DNA of 58,658 nucleotides, from NCBI GenBank assembly GCA_964016885.1, contig CAXHJY010000283.1:1-58658 (forward strand), written 5' to 3'. The notes under the pieces were generated by a model. That model did not search any database. It saw only the letters and a list, made by a program, of their open reading frames with translations, and was not told where the DNA came from. The stretch is from Eledone cirrhosa (taxonomy: Eukaryota). The position numbers were made by a program, and so were the translations under genes. How positions within the stretch are numbered: the stretch's first letter is position 1; every line of letters begins with the position of its first letter. Of the stretch, positions 31,575 through 45,699 are shown piece by piece.

Positions 31575-32874
31575 CTAGTAGATTCAGCAACAGCAATAGC
31601 AGTAGTAGTAGTAGAAGCACCAACAGTAGTAGTAATATTACTAGTAGGTTTTAGACAAACGTCAGCACTGAACATGCAAATCTACAATCAAAAACCAGGC
31701 CATTCGTGACAATTTAAAATGTTTTTCTGTATTTTCAAACAATTTAACTTGGATTATATATATATTTATCCAATATGTTCTTTTTAATGGCACTATGATA
31801 TTATTTGGCTGCTGTTTTTAGCAAATCAAGTAAAAGAACATAGAGAAACTGAAAGAACCCAGAAAAGAGCAACATCAGAATTGAGAAATCTTGTCTTATG
31901 CAGAAAGATGTGAATTTGGTGGGGATAGAGTATCGTCAGTTTGGGAAATGATTGTTCAAGTTATTTGATCAACGAAACGGGTTGCACATGAAATTAACGA
32001 CTCAACATTCCACAGACACGTATAACTTAAACATAATTCTGAAGGAGATTCAGAGTCACAAACTTGGCCATTAGACTGGCTTCCAAACAGTTTCAACTAC
32101 CTAGTTTCCAACTACTGGCTTCTAACTACCTAGTGTCACTCAGGATAAATGATCCAGGACCTCATAGTTGCAAACCGAACTTTCTAACCATTAGGCGATG
32201 TTACGTCCACGAAGGAAGATGGAAAATCCTAGATGATTGATGTGGTGGTGACAGTAGTGATAGTGATGCAGATGGAGTTGGTAGTGACAAAGATGATAAT
32301 GATTGTGATGGTACTATAAATGGTGAATAGGAAGTGACCTTTTCATTTAGCTTTGTCATAGTGAATCTACGACAGCATTTATCCGATTTGGCCTTGGTGT
32401 TTTTTTTTTTAGGAGACGAAGGTCTGTTTAAAGGTAGACTTGGATGCTCATTCTATCAGATCTACTGATCACGTAGAGACACGCCACTTATCGCCGTACG
32501 AAAGTGTAATAGAATAGTTATTTTTTAACCCCAGATCAGCCTTAACACAATCGACTTATGATCAAATGCATCTTGTTTATGTTTTTTCACACATAACCTT
32601 TCTAGGTCTTCACTCGATAATATGTCCTTTTGTAGGACAGTATTGTGTGATTTTGGGTAAGATATGGCTCCTATTTCTAGCATGTCCAGAGACGGTGTGG
32701 AAGTCACCGCGTTAACTCACGATAAAATTGGTAGGGTAGGTGATATTTTGAAGAAGAATTAAAGTGAATAAGATATGAGTGAGAGGAGGGGCAGAGTTGT
32801 TTATCAATACGTGGATAGGGGAGAGAAAATTAGGAAACCTGTGAGTATTTGAAGAGTGTTTATGAGAAAAGTAG

Positions 32875-32905
<31 letters not shown>

Positions 32906-33090
32906 TCGCAATCGTAAGGTTGTGAGTTCGATTCCTGGACCAGGCGATGCGTTATGTCCTTGAGCAAGACACTTTATTTCACGTTGCTCCTTCTACCTGG
33001 AGTTGCGACCGATAGATAGTATTAGCAATTGGAAAGACCAACGGAAACATTGTTCCCTCGGTCCGATTTGACAAAAAAAAGTCGATCGTT
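32906..33090 (+). mobile_element. SINE family S1
   Basis: GAGTTCGATTCC B box plus shared body. Confidence 0.8.
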
Positions 33091-33193
<103 letters not shown>

Positions 33194-33258
33194 GTTGATA
33201 GATATACAGGTAAATTGAGAGACAAACAGGTAGGTAGGTAGATAAACATGTAGGTAGC

Positions 33259-33293
<35 letters not shown>

Positions 33294-33708
33294 CTAAAGT
33301 AGGTAGGAAGGAAGGAAAGAAAGTAGGTAGGCATGTAGGTAGGTTGGTAGGTAGATAGGTAAATGGCGAGGGAGAGAGATTTTGGTGTAGAGTGAATGTT
33401 TGTGTGTACGTGTGTGTGCTTGTGCGTATGCAAGTTGTTAAAGTGAGGGAAACAAAAAAAAATGTATGTACGAAGGTTGTTGAACTTGTGGGCGGATATG
33501 TGTTGGAGTTGTTTAGCCCTGAGTCAGTCGTGATCAGAGCTGATCACTATCCCATCTTTTGTGGGAATACCTGCAATTATATTATTCAACAACTCCTTTC
33601 CTCTCTGTTTACACGTTACATGAAGATTTGACCGTTTCTAACATGTAGGCATGTAGGTAGATAGATACATAGGTGGATAGGCAAAGATAGATAGATAGAT
33701 AGATAGAT

Positions 33709-33950
33709 GTTTCTTTTTTAGCCACAAGGGTACAAAAGAAGGGGACAAATACAAAGAGGGAAGTTTACATACAATAAAAACGTGTAAAATAATATCACAA
33801 ATGCAATTTAAAAATCAATCGATTTTCCCCAATAGGGGAGACATTACATATGGGTAACACATACCCCCGAAAAATTGTGCAACCCTCATCTCCAGGAGTA
33901 CGAAGAGTGAGTACCCCTTTCCTCTCTTCCTCTTTTTCCTCAATAGATGA
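33709..33950 (-). mobile_element. 3' UTR of a Tx1/L1-type LINE in (GATA)n
   Basis: Reverse-complement similarity to 53880-54133. Confidence 0.7.
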
Positions 33951-34087
33951 CCAGACAGATGGAAAGGTAAGTAGATATATAGATAGAGAGAGAAAGAAAG
34001 AGACAGAGAAACAAACAGACAAACAGGTATATAAATACATATATACATACATAGATAGACAGACAAGTATATAGATAGATAGACAAG

Positions 34088-34149
<62 letters not shown>

Positions 34150-34678
34150 TCTTTCTTTATTTGCCACAGGGGCGTACAAAAATGGGACATTACAGGACGT
34201 GACGGCGGGGGTTTTACATAGAAATAACTTTAACATTAATAAATAACAATAAACTATATATAATAACTTTAACATTAATAAATAACAATAAACTATATAT
34301 AATAACTTTAACATTAATAAATAACAATAAACTATATATAATAAAATAACAATTGAAATCCCCAATAGGGAGGAACGTTACTGCGGGGTTGTTTTACACC
34401 CCGTGGATAGAACAACCCTCAACACCAGGAACACGTTTTGTAGGTGTTCCTGTCTTCCCTCTGTTTATCTTCCTCAACCTACAGGTTTATCTACAGAGAA
34501 GGCCCATTCACTCGGGCCATTTTTGCCACATTCACCCACCTTTCAGCGAATTTACTGGGGTGTAGCACCTCTCTCTCCACTCTCACCTTCCTTCTGAAGT
34601 GATACTTAAAGAAGGGGATGAGTTGTTGTCCGGAGAGAAAGGTGTTTGCCCTCAATCCTTTTAACCTCGTTCACCATA
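34150..34678 (-). mobile_element. 5'-truncated Tx1/L1-type LINE flanked by (GATA)n on both sides
   Basis: Reverse complement aligns to 53672-54133; internal 39 bp x3 repeat ~34223-34345. Confidence 0.8.
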
Positions 34679-34998
34679 GATAGATAGATAGATAGATAGA
34701 CAAGTAGATAGATAGACAGATGTAGGAAATATTTACAGAGCTTTAGTGAGATATATTGAAAGAGAGCAGTTGAGGGGGAATTCCAGTATATAGTCGTTAG
34801 AGAGAGAGGGAGTGTGTGTGTATGTGTTTGTGTAAGGATTCTATGGGAGAGAGAGGGAGAGACAAAGCGTGTGTAGGTAGGTGCGTGTGCGTGAATGTGT
34901 GTGTATATATGCAAGAGATGGAATTAAACAATACGGAAAATGAATTGGTGGATTAAAAATGAGACCGTCTGTGTGTGTATATGATGTTAGTCTGTGTG

Positions 34999-35043
<45 letters not shown>

Positions 35044-35365
35044 TGTGCTCCCGGCATTCGGGGAATTTTCCTTAGAATCTAACTAATAATTGTTCGTGGA
35101 AACCACCGCAAATTCGCAGAATTGTAAATATCTTCTGCGATTTTTTCGTGGCTTTTTTCCTGGCAATATATTTTTAACGCTAAATTATTGACAACAATAT
35201 ACCGTATTTGCCGGCTTATAGGACGCCCCTTCGCATAAGACGCTCACTTTTTATTATATTTTACGTTATATGTTGACGTTTATAGGCATTTCAAAGGACC
35301 ACTTCCAATATTCGCTGTTTTTCACTTTACGCGACTGCTCTAGGGACGTAACCTCCGCGGCACTA

Positions 35366-35401
<36 letters not shown>

Positions 35402-35610
35402 CACACACAGAATGAAATTGTGTGTGTATCTATGTGTGTGTGTATGTATATAAAATGAAATTGTGTGTATATATATAGAGAGAGAGAATAAAACTATGTA
35501 TGTATATAAAATGAAATTGTGTGTATATATATATATATATAGAGAATAAAACTGTGTGTATGTATATAAAATGAAATTGTGTGTGTATATATATATATAT
35601 CTAATGAAAC

Positions 35611-35650
<40 letters not shown>

Positions 35651-36097
35651 GATGTGAACGCATAAAAGTGTGTTTGTATAATGAGAACGTGTGTATAATG
35701 TTATTTGCTTGTTTGCGGGTGTGTAATGATAAAACGAACGTGTGTGCTTATATTGAACTCCTGGGTGAATTTTTTTGCACGTATGTATATGTGTATGGGA
35801 GTAGGAAAGAAGAGTATATATATATATATATATATATATATGACAATAGGGCCGGCGGAGTGTATATGCGAGTGTTTGTGCATGTGTATATAAATATGTT
35901 TCCATGTGTGTGTTCTTGTCTATGTGTGTGTGTGTGTGTGTGTCCACGGGTACTTTACCCGATTTTCTCAACTATTATTCATCATAGTGCACGACCTGCT
36001 CTAGTCATTTGCTTTGGGACGGCTACGTTTCAAATTTATCCAATATTTCTTAAGTCAAACAATTCTTCGTATACACACGCACATACACCTTTTATAC

Positions 36098-36143
<46 letters not shown>

Positions 36144-36400
36144 GTTTATAAAACACTATCAACAACTACACACGCACACACACATTTGTGTGTATATATA
36201 TATATATACACCATAAATATATACATTCATATACACATACATTTATACATACATATATACACATACATTTATACATACATATATACACATTCATTCATAC
36301 ATACATATATACACACATATATATATATATATATACACAAATACATATATACGCACATACATATATACACAAATACATATATATACATATACACAAATAC

Positions 36401-36459
<59 letters not shown>

Positions 36460-36467
36460 CACACATT

Positions 36468-36577
36468 TATGCGTTATGTCCTTGAGCAAGACACTATTTC
36501 ACGTTGCTCCTACCTGGAGTTGGAAAGACCAACGGAAACATTGTTTCCTCGGTCCGATTTGATGAAAGTCGATCGAC
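36468..36577 (+). mobile_element. SINE family S1, 5'-truncated
   Basis: atgcgttatgtccttgagcaagacac...ccaacggaaacattgtttcctcggtccgatttg. Confidence 0.75.
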
Positions 36578-36579
36578 AA

Positions 36580-36650
36580 AGATATATATATATACATACA
36601 CATACACATTTATATGTATGTATATATATATATATACACACATACATATG

Positions 36651-36692
<42 letters not shown>

Positions 36693-36698
36693 TTTATA

Positions 36699-36756
<58 letters not shown>

Positions 36757-36762
36757 TTTATA

Positions 36763-36804
<42 letters not shown>

Positions 36805-36810
36805 TTTATA

Positions 36811-36854
<44 letters not shown>

Positions 36855-36893
36855 TTTATATGTAAATATATATATATATACATACACACACAT

Positions 36894-36948
<55 letters not shown>

Positions 36949-36949
36949 T

Positions 36950-36996
<47 letters not shown>

Positions 36997-36998
36997 TT

Positions 36999-37048
<50 letters not shown>

Positions 37049-37087
37049 TTTATATGTATATATATATACATATATATATACACACAC

Positions 37088-37136
<49 letters not shown>

Positions 37137-37137
37137 T

Positions 37138-37182
<45 letters not shown>

Positions 37183-37485
37183 TTTATATGTATTTATATT
37201 ATATATATATATACACACATTTATATGTATATATGTATATATACACACACACACATTTATATGTGTGTGTGTCTAGTTGTTGATAGTGTGACAATGTCCC
37301 GCCACTGCGACTCGCTCACATCTTCTGCACTCAGTCCTGATCAACAACATTGCCGGCTTCTACTACTGCAACTACTACTACTTCTAGTTCGGCTAGTTCC
37401 GTCAGTCTTCGGTCTTAGACGAAAGCAACACCAGCAACAGCAGCACCAGTAGTTGCAGGAGCACTAATAGCACTAGCAGCAGTGA

Positions 37486-37562
<77 letters not shown>

Positions 37563-39183
37563 TATTTGGTAGTGGTGAAGGTGGAGGTTGTGGAAATGTG
37601 TGTGGTAGTGCTGTTAGTGGTGATATGGAGTATCTGATGATGGTGATGGAGATAGTGTGTGTGTGTGTGTTGTTTGATAATAATGATGGTGGCGGTGGTG
37701 GCGGTATTAGTGTTGGTGGTGGCGGTGATGGCGTTTGTGATGATGTTGTTGTTGGCGGTGGGGGTGGTAATTTGCGTGTGTGTGTGTGCGGTTGTGGCAC
37801 TGATTGTGATTATGATAGATGTGGTGTGTGTGTATGTGTGTTGTGGTGATGGTCGTGGTGGTAGTGGTGGTAGTGGTGGTAGTAGTGCCTGTGGTGGTGG
37901 TGTGTGTGTGTGATGATGTATGTGTGTGTGTGTGTGTGTGTATGAGAGAAGAAAGTGTGTGTGTTTTATGATGATAATGATGTGTGTGTTGTGGTGATGG
38001 TGGTGGTTGTGGTGCCGGTGGTGTGTGTGCGTGAGTGATGATGGTGGTGATGGTGGTGGTGTGTGTGAGTGATGGTGGTGGTGCCGGTGGTGTGTGTGCG
38101 TGAGTGATGATGGTGGTGGTGTGTGTGCGTGAGTGATGATGGTGGTGGTGTGTGTGCGTGAGTGATGATGGTGGTGGTGATAGTTGTGGTGGTGGTGGTG
38201 GTGGTGCCGGTGGTGTGTGTGCGAGAGTGCTGATAGTGGTGTCGCTGGTGTGTGTGCGTGAGTGATGGTGGTGCCGGTGGTGTGTGTGCGTGAGTGATGG
38301 CGGTGGTGGTGGTGGTGGTGGTGTGTGTGTGTGCGTGAGTGATGATGGTGGTGGTGGTGGTGGTGGTGGCGGTGGTGTGTGTGCGTGAGTGGTGGTGGTG
38401 TGTGTGTGTGCGTGAGTGATGATGGTCGTGGTGGTGGTGGTGGTGTGGGTGCGTGAGTGATGATGGTCGTGGTGTGTGTGCGTGAGTGGTGGTGGTGGTG
38501 GTGTGTGTGTGTGTGTGCGTGAGTGATAATGGTGGTGGTGCCGGTGGTGTGTGTGTGCGTGAGTGATGATGGTGGTGGTGGTGGTGTGTGTGCGTGAGTG
38601 GTGGTGGTGGTGTATGTGCGCGAGTGATGATGGTCGTGGTGGTGGTGGTGCTGGTGTGTGTGCGTGAGTGATGGTGGTGGTGGTCGTGGCGGTGGTGTGT
38701 GCGCGTGAGTGATGATGATGGTGGTGGTGGTGATGGTATGTGCGTGTGTGATGATGATGATGATTGTGGTAATGATGGTGGTGTGTGTCTGTGTATATGA
38801 GAGCAAAAAGTGTGTGTGTGTGTGTGTGTGTGATCTTGATGGCGGTAGTGGTGATAGTGTGTATGTGTATGTGTGTGTATGTGTGTGTGTGTGTATAGTA
38901 TACGTATATGTAGAAGTGTGTACGTAGATATAACGTTTTATACGGAGAGTGAAGTTACCAGTAGTATGTGTGTTTGTGTGTGTGCCCGCGCATATATATA
39001 TATGTGTGTGTATATATATGTGTGTGCATATATATATGTGTGTGTGTGTGTGCATATATATATGTGTGTGTGTGTGGGAAGATATAACGTTGTATACGGA
39101 AAGTGAAGGTACCAGTAGTATGTGTCGGTGTGTGTGTGTGTGTGCGCGCATATATATGTGTGTGCATATATATGTGTGTGTGC

Positions 39184-39228
<45 letters not shown>

Positions 39229-39265
39229 GATATAACGTTGTATACGGAGAGTGAAGTTACCAGTG
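36580..39265. repeat. Compound micro/minisatellites: (TA)n-cacacattt units, (TAG)n, gtgtgcgtgagtgatg units, ~150 bp x3 repeat
   Basis: Direct reading; gatataacgtt.tatacgga.agtgaag.taccagt recurs near 38927, 39081 and 39229. Confidence 0.8.
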
Positions 39266-39615
39266 TTGGGGATGTGGAGGTAAAAAAAAAGAAGGAAAGA
39301 TAGAGTGAGGGACGATCGGTCGGTTGATCAGTTGGCTGGCTGGTATATATAAGAAGCAATCGCTAGAACGTCGAAGTCACTACCACCTATATATAGAATG
39401 ATGGCTTGCTAGCTTGCTTAGATAAAAACATAGATAGATAGAAAGATAGAGAGAGATGATTATATAGACAAATAGATAGATAGATTATATATATATAGAT
39501 ATCTTTCTTTATATATATGTAGACAATAGATAGGTAGGAAGAGAGATAGGTAGATTGCTGGTTTCAAAAACTTATTTGAAGCATAAGAGACCAAAAGATA
39601 CAATATATATATATA

Positions 39616-39716
<101 letters not shown>

Positions 39717-40014
39717 GTGTTTTTGTGTGTGTGTGTATGAAGCTGGAAGAACAAGTTGGGAGAAGCCGGGATAGGATCACACACGCAGACATTGAAAGAT
39801 AGGAGACCGCGCGCACTCGCACACACATACACAGTCGCGCGCACACATGGATACACACACATGCTTTGATAAATATGAACAAGCAACGAGCGAGTTAGCA
39901 ATCACACACACACACATATATTACGTAATGACATCAGGTAACGCCCACTCACTGTGTACGGGGCAATGTCCTTACGGCCTTTCAAAGTACAGAAGATCGA
40001 ATCTTAGTACAATT

Positions 40015-40500
40015 TCATTTTCCTCTCCCCATTCGATGGAGGTAGATGCCTCATCTGGGAGGCCACATGTTGTGACACCTTCTCCACCTCCAGCTTAGTC
40101 GCTTCGGTCACAAACCCCGGTACTGCAGCGCCGCAATGTTGAGGAAAGTAAGACAAACAAATACCGGGGATTGTCCGACCGATTCCTCTTCGCACCAGTC
40201 ACCGTCGAGACCTTAGGCGTCCTCGGCCCCGTACTGCCGAGCTCCTCTGTATGATCGGAATGTCAGCAGCCCGTCTGAGGAAGGAGCTCCTAGACGTGGG
40301 ATGACTGTTGCGGCGAGTACTCTAGCTATTGTCCGTGGAAATGCTTTTGCAGTCTCGTCCGCGGGGTGCAGCTCTAATGACACGGCGCCGAGGAAAGAGC
40401 GCCGCGGGGTAGGGTGGCTGTTGCAGCGAGTATGCAGGCCATTGTCTGTGAAAATGCTTTTGGGGCCATATTCCTGGAGCGCAGCTCCAACACCCCATGC
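40015..40500 (+). mobile_element. CRE-like non-LTR 3' fragment with an internal duplication
   Basis: Homologous to 13620-13990 (LIWEATCCDTF...KY...VETLGVLGP...IVRGNA). Confidence 0.65.
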
Positions 40501-40824
40501 CTAGGCCCAGAACCCATCACCCCTACCCTTTCTTCTGTGGCCCTAGAGTCCTTGATTATAAGCTCCTTTTCCTCTTAGTTTTGACTTACTTAATGTATCA
40601 TAATCCAGCTGAACTACGTCCTTATTAAATTATATAAGTGGCTGAGTATTCCACTCTGGTTTCAGTCATTACACTACCGCTATGCTGAGGCACCGCCTTG
40701 ACAGGATTTAATCCATCATATCGACCGTAGTACATTTATTTCCAATTTGTACTTCTTCTATCGATCTCTAGTTGTCGAACCCAAAATTTATAGGACAAAA
40801 ACACAGGCAGAGACACCACACCCG

Positions 40825-40926
<102 letters not shown>

Positions 40927-42899
40927 ACACACACATAGATATATACATATCTACCTATGCACACACACACATGCGATTTCTACAGGTCTAGAACTGTTTC
41001 ATTCAAATAGAATCATCAGCATAACATTATTGAAGTAGTTGTAGTCATATAAGTGTAATTTCTATAAAACAAAGGTAACGTTTTTAACTGGGATATTTTC
41101 CTGATCCCCGTCGGTAATCCACCCTTAATTATGTTTGTGTGTGGGTGTGTACGTGTGTGTTGTGTGTACGACAGGCTTCTGCAGTTTCCGTTAATAAATT
41201 TCACTCACAGGACGGTGATCAATTCGACACTATTGTAGAAGCCTTTTTGTCAAAGGTGCCAAGCAATGGGCTTGAATCCTGTAGAGCGAGCTCCTTAACG
41301 ACATAGTTATGCCTGACCATAATTCACAAAGTTATTTTATGAAGGTTTGGTGATGAATAGGTTATTAATAACGTGACATCAGTCCCCTGGGAATTTATAC
41401 TGAATTATTATAGTGAAACCTCTGTTAGTTGAGGAAAACAAATATTTGGACAAGGCTCTGGAACCAAAGATGCAAGAAAGTTGGTGCTGTACCTATATAC
41501 AGTAAGTGAATAGATGAATAAACTCCTAAAATACAACATATATATCACACTTTAGCACTAACAGAATATATTTAAAAATCAGCAAACTTAGAAACCTCTT
41601 TTCCATTATAACCTACTTGGGTTAATTTATCACCCGGTTTAACTTCTGCTTACTTGTACTTCTATTGGCGTTCCCTAGGGTGGATTGAGCAGGTTCTAAC
41701 CAGTAGGTCCACAACATCATGAACAGATGCTGCTCATGTATTGTGATCGCAGACGTCCGATGTTTCCTCAAAATTTTCCCAACCCCTGAGGCTACTGGGC
41801 AGCCAGTTTCAATTCCATCAGTGAACACCATATAAGAGAACGCCAAATATTAGCTCAATATCTGATTTGATTGTGCCAATCCTCGTTTTTAACTATCTGT
41901 CTCGCTGTATACACCATCCCGGGAGGGGCTCTGACATGACTACATCGTCGATGAGTTCCGTTGCTGCAAGGATTCGAGCCGAGAATACCTTCCACCCTCC
42001 TGCCTCCCATACACCAGTTTTGAAATGGGTCATTAATACTGCCCTTTCCCTCCCGATAAATCGATAGAAAATAAACATGAAACCACAAACGTTTAAACCA
42101 TAGAACATACTTCCGTCAATTAATGTAATATACAAATGTCTATATATGTATATCATATAAAAGCTGCTGTATATTTCGTTCAAAACGTCGGTCACGCTGG
42201 AAAAAGGGTGGTAAAGTCTGTGTGTGAGAGAGAGAGATAGAGATAGAAAACAAGAAATTATGGGATGGGAGTGATAAGAATACATATGAGGGAGATGGGT
42301 GAGAGAAATCGAGAGAGTGGGAAGACCGATTATATCATTTGTGTGTTTATGGATATAACTTGTAAATAAAATATTTAACACGTCATATTAATCTTTAATA
42401 CTTCATGGTTGTTTCTAATTAAACTAGAGAATGTTTTCAGGGTCATCTAGAAAACGTGAATGTTGTCAACATATTGACACAAACTTTTATATTGGATACA
42501 CAAGACAACATTATGTTGGTGCTCAAGCCTCGTTGAAGTCAACTCCGATTTTTAATCATTCGGAGGACGATAAAATAAGTACCAGTTAAATAATGGGATC
42601 TTGGATTATAGTCTCTTCAATCAAGGCGAATCTGGATCTAAATATGAAGATCGGATATTCACGACTTGATCATAGATTTATTCAATCACATTTGATCATA
42701 GATTTATTCAATCAGAACTGACTTTGAGCTAAACATTTACAATGTGACATTACAATACATTATAACACAGAACAGGAAATACAACTTGAGAGAAAAATAT
42801 TAGTCGATAACAAACCAATCCTATACAAAAATCCAGGGAGAAAAAAAAACTATAGATTTAACTATGGAAACTTTATTGGTTACAAAATACAAATTTATA

Positions 42900-43860
42900 A
42901 ATAAGCACAGATACAAGAGCACATGCAAACTAAATGATCAAATTTACCAGGCATTAATCAGTGCAACAGACAGAGCCTATGAGCGAGAGGTCCAGTCGGT
43001 ACTTTGTTCCGGGACCCAACAGCTAAGAAGGCCCTACAGCAACTTTGCAACATCTATTTTTAGAAAAATCTTCTCTTGGAGACCCTGGCAACAATTAGAA
43101 AAGGTTGAAAGACTAAGACTACAGTCAGGAACAAATTCTAGAAAGATATGCGGAGCTAGATTCATTGAAGATCCCGGAAAGATTAGCAGCAAACGTTGGC
43201 TTTGGCAAGAAACTCAAACGAGAGTAGCAATATCAAACTCCCTCTTTCATCAAAAGAAAACCATTAGAAAACTTCCTTGTTAAATTAATGAACCGCTTTG
43301 AACTATTCCACTGTACACAGAAAAAATAATCCTACACATTTCAGCTATCCCTGTATCTTCATCAGAGGACAACCATGATTTTGTATACGGAAGAATATTG
43401 ATATAGCAACGCTATATCTTTCATAACAAATATAGAAAATATCTGAAATTCTAAGTATAATTTTCATGATGTGCATATGTTTGATGACTTAATTGAATAT
43501 AATAAATTCTTCTTATCGTGTTCACAAGAGTGTCGGTTAGAAAGCTTGGCTAGATGTGGTTTCGCCACAGCTGAACACATTGCTGTCCTTTCTCATTAAA
43601 CTCTGTGCAGGGGTGTTCTGGCAAGGGGCATATCAGGAGGTGCTGCATAGTCAAGTTCCTGACTACTCAGGCATATCAGGTTCGATGCCGCAGTCACACA
43701 TAACGTCCCCGTCCTTTAAATATCCCCATTTTGCAAGGTTGACTTTTGCACATCCAACACCAGATCTTAGTCTATAATAAATGATAAATATTTTACTAGA
43801 ATCATAGAATCTTCTGATGAAAACGCAGTAATGTCAGAAACACAGAGATAATCTCTCATG
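42900..43860 (+). pseudogene. Possible highly degenerate PLE RT relic
   Basis: Scattered GARFI..K.S.K, FDYS-LYT-like and FDDLI motifs in plausible order; ctgatga...gaaac relic near 43814-43841. Confidence 0.25.
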
Positions 43861-43919
43861 TTTTTCTGTGTATGGAGGAAGAGTTCAAAGTGTCTACACA
43901 CCATATTCCATTATTTTCA

Positions 43920-44072
43920 CAGCTTTCCAGCATAGTTACGTCCCTTTACGATCTGAGTTCAAATCCCGCCGAGGTTGACTTTGCCTTTTATCCTTGCGGG
44001 GTCGATAAAATAAAGTACCAGTAATGCACTGGGTAATTGCTGGCCTTGTGCCAAAAGGTAGAAACAATTATT
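43920..44072 (+). mobile_element. SINE family S2
   Basis: Near-identical to the reverse complements of 44630-44812 and 29060-29239. Confidence 0.8.
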
Positions 44073-44235
44073 TTCACAGCGAAGACTTCTAATTCAATAA
44101 TGGTAATTGTATCTAGCTTAAGTTTATCTTAATCTTCAGATGTATCGTCTACTGTAGGTACACATAGTTTTAGGGTTTAGTATAACAAGGAGCCTAGCTT
44201 AGGTGTTATGGTTTTCAGCTTACATATATACCTAG

Positions 44236-44452
44236 TGAAGGCGCGTGGCTGAGCAGTTACAGAATTAAATTCACAATCGTGATGTAGGGAGTTCGATTCC
44301 CGGACCGGGCGATGCGTTATGTCCTTGGGCAAGACACTTTATATTCACGTTGCTCCTTCTACCTGGAGTTGCGACCGATAGAGAGCATTAGCAATTGGAA
44401 AGACCAGTGGAAACATTGTTTCCTCGGTCCGATTTGAGGAAAGTCGATCGAC
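44236..44452 (+). mobile_element. Full-length tRNA-derived SINE family S1
   Basis: A-box-like TGGCTGAGCAG and B box GAGTTCGATTCC; five copies in the window. Confidence 0.85.
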
Positions 44453-44629
44453 TGTCGATATATAGCTACAGTATACGATAAATTCATAATTGTATAGTTG
44501 CAGTATACAGTGAAACGGAGGCTGCCTACATGCGTATATAAATATATACATGGAGTATATAGATATGTAAACATGTCAAATATACGCATCACCCTTTTAA
44601 TTGAAAAAAAATATAAATCCTCTTAATTA

Positions 44630-44812
44630 GAAATATTTGTTTCTACTTTAGGCACAAGGCCAGCAATTACCCAGTTCATTACTGGTACTTTATTTTATCG
44701 ACCCCGTAAGGATGAAAGGCAAAGTCAACCTCGGCGGGATTTGAACTCAGATCGTAAAGGGACGTAACTATGCTGGAAAGCATGGCGTCCGACCCTCTAC
44801 CGATACTGCCAA
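44630..44812 (-). mobile_element. SINE family S2
   Basis: Inverted copy of 43920-44072 with a longer head. Confidence 0.8.
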
Positions 44813-45699
44813 TAGAGATATTGAACCCTTATTAGTGTCCACAAAAACCACAAAGAAATGCAATATATACATCCACATATATATATATATATATATATAT
44901 ATGCATGCATACACACACACACACATATATATATGCATACACACACACATGCATACACACACATATATGCATACACACAGACACATATATATGTATACAC
45001 ACACACGTGCACACACAAACACACATGCATACACACATATATATATATACATACACATTTACACACACAGACACACACACACACAACCGTCCTACATCCG
45101 TATAATTGAGTGTGTGCGCGCGCGTGTGGCCAGTTTCAGTAACGAAGTAACAACGAAGTACAGAAAATCTACCAACACAAATAGTTAGGTGGACCTGAGA
45201 GAAGTAGAGGGGGGGGGGGGTAATGTGAGGTGTATAGAGAGAGAGGGGGAGAGATAGAGAGAGGGTAGAGGGGGTAAGAGAGATAGAGATAGGGTAGAGG
45301 GGGAAGAGAGATAGAGATAGGGTAGAGGGGGAAGAGAGATAGAGATAGAGTAGAGGGGGAAGAGAGAGAAGGAGAGATAGAGATAGTGTAGAAATAGAAG
45401 AGAGAGGTGAGAGAGAGATAGTGTAGAGATGGGGAAGAGAGAGAGATGGAGAGGAGGAAGAGAGAGAGATGGAGAGGAGGAAGAGAGAGAGATGGAGAGG
45501 AGGAAGAGAGAGAGATGGAGAGGAGGAAGAGAGATAGAGATAGTGTAGAGGTGGGAGAGAGAGAGAGAGGAGAGATAGAGAGAGAGAGAGAGGAGAGATA
45601 GAGATAGGGTAGAGACAGAAGGGAGAGAAGGTGAGATAGATATAGTAGAGATGAGAAAGAGAGGTCAGATAGAGAGAGTAGAGGTGGAATAGTGATTGT

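Noticed and set aside
35041-35368. TA-flanked CAGT...ACTG Tigger-like MITE
   Set aside because: Terminal complementarity is too short to support
41620-42090. Possible host exons in complex sequence (also ~20930-21190 and 24400-25190)
   Set aside because: No recognisable domain or convincing open exon by eye; needs BLASTx or RNA-seq
44236-44310. tRNA gene
   Set aside because: Multi-copy SINE head with a shared downstream body; no clean cloverleaf seen
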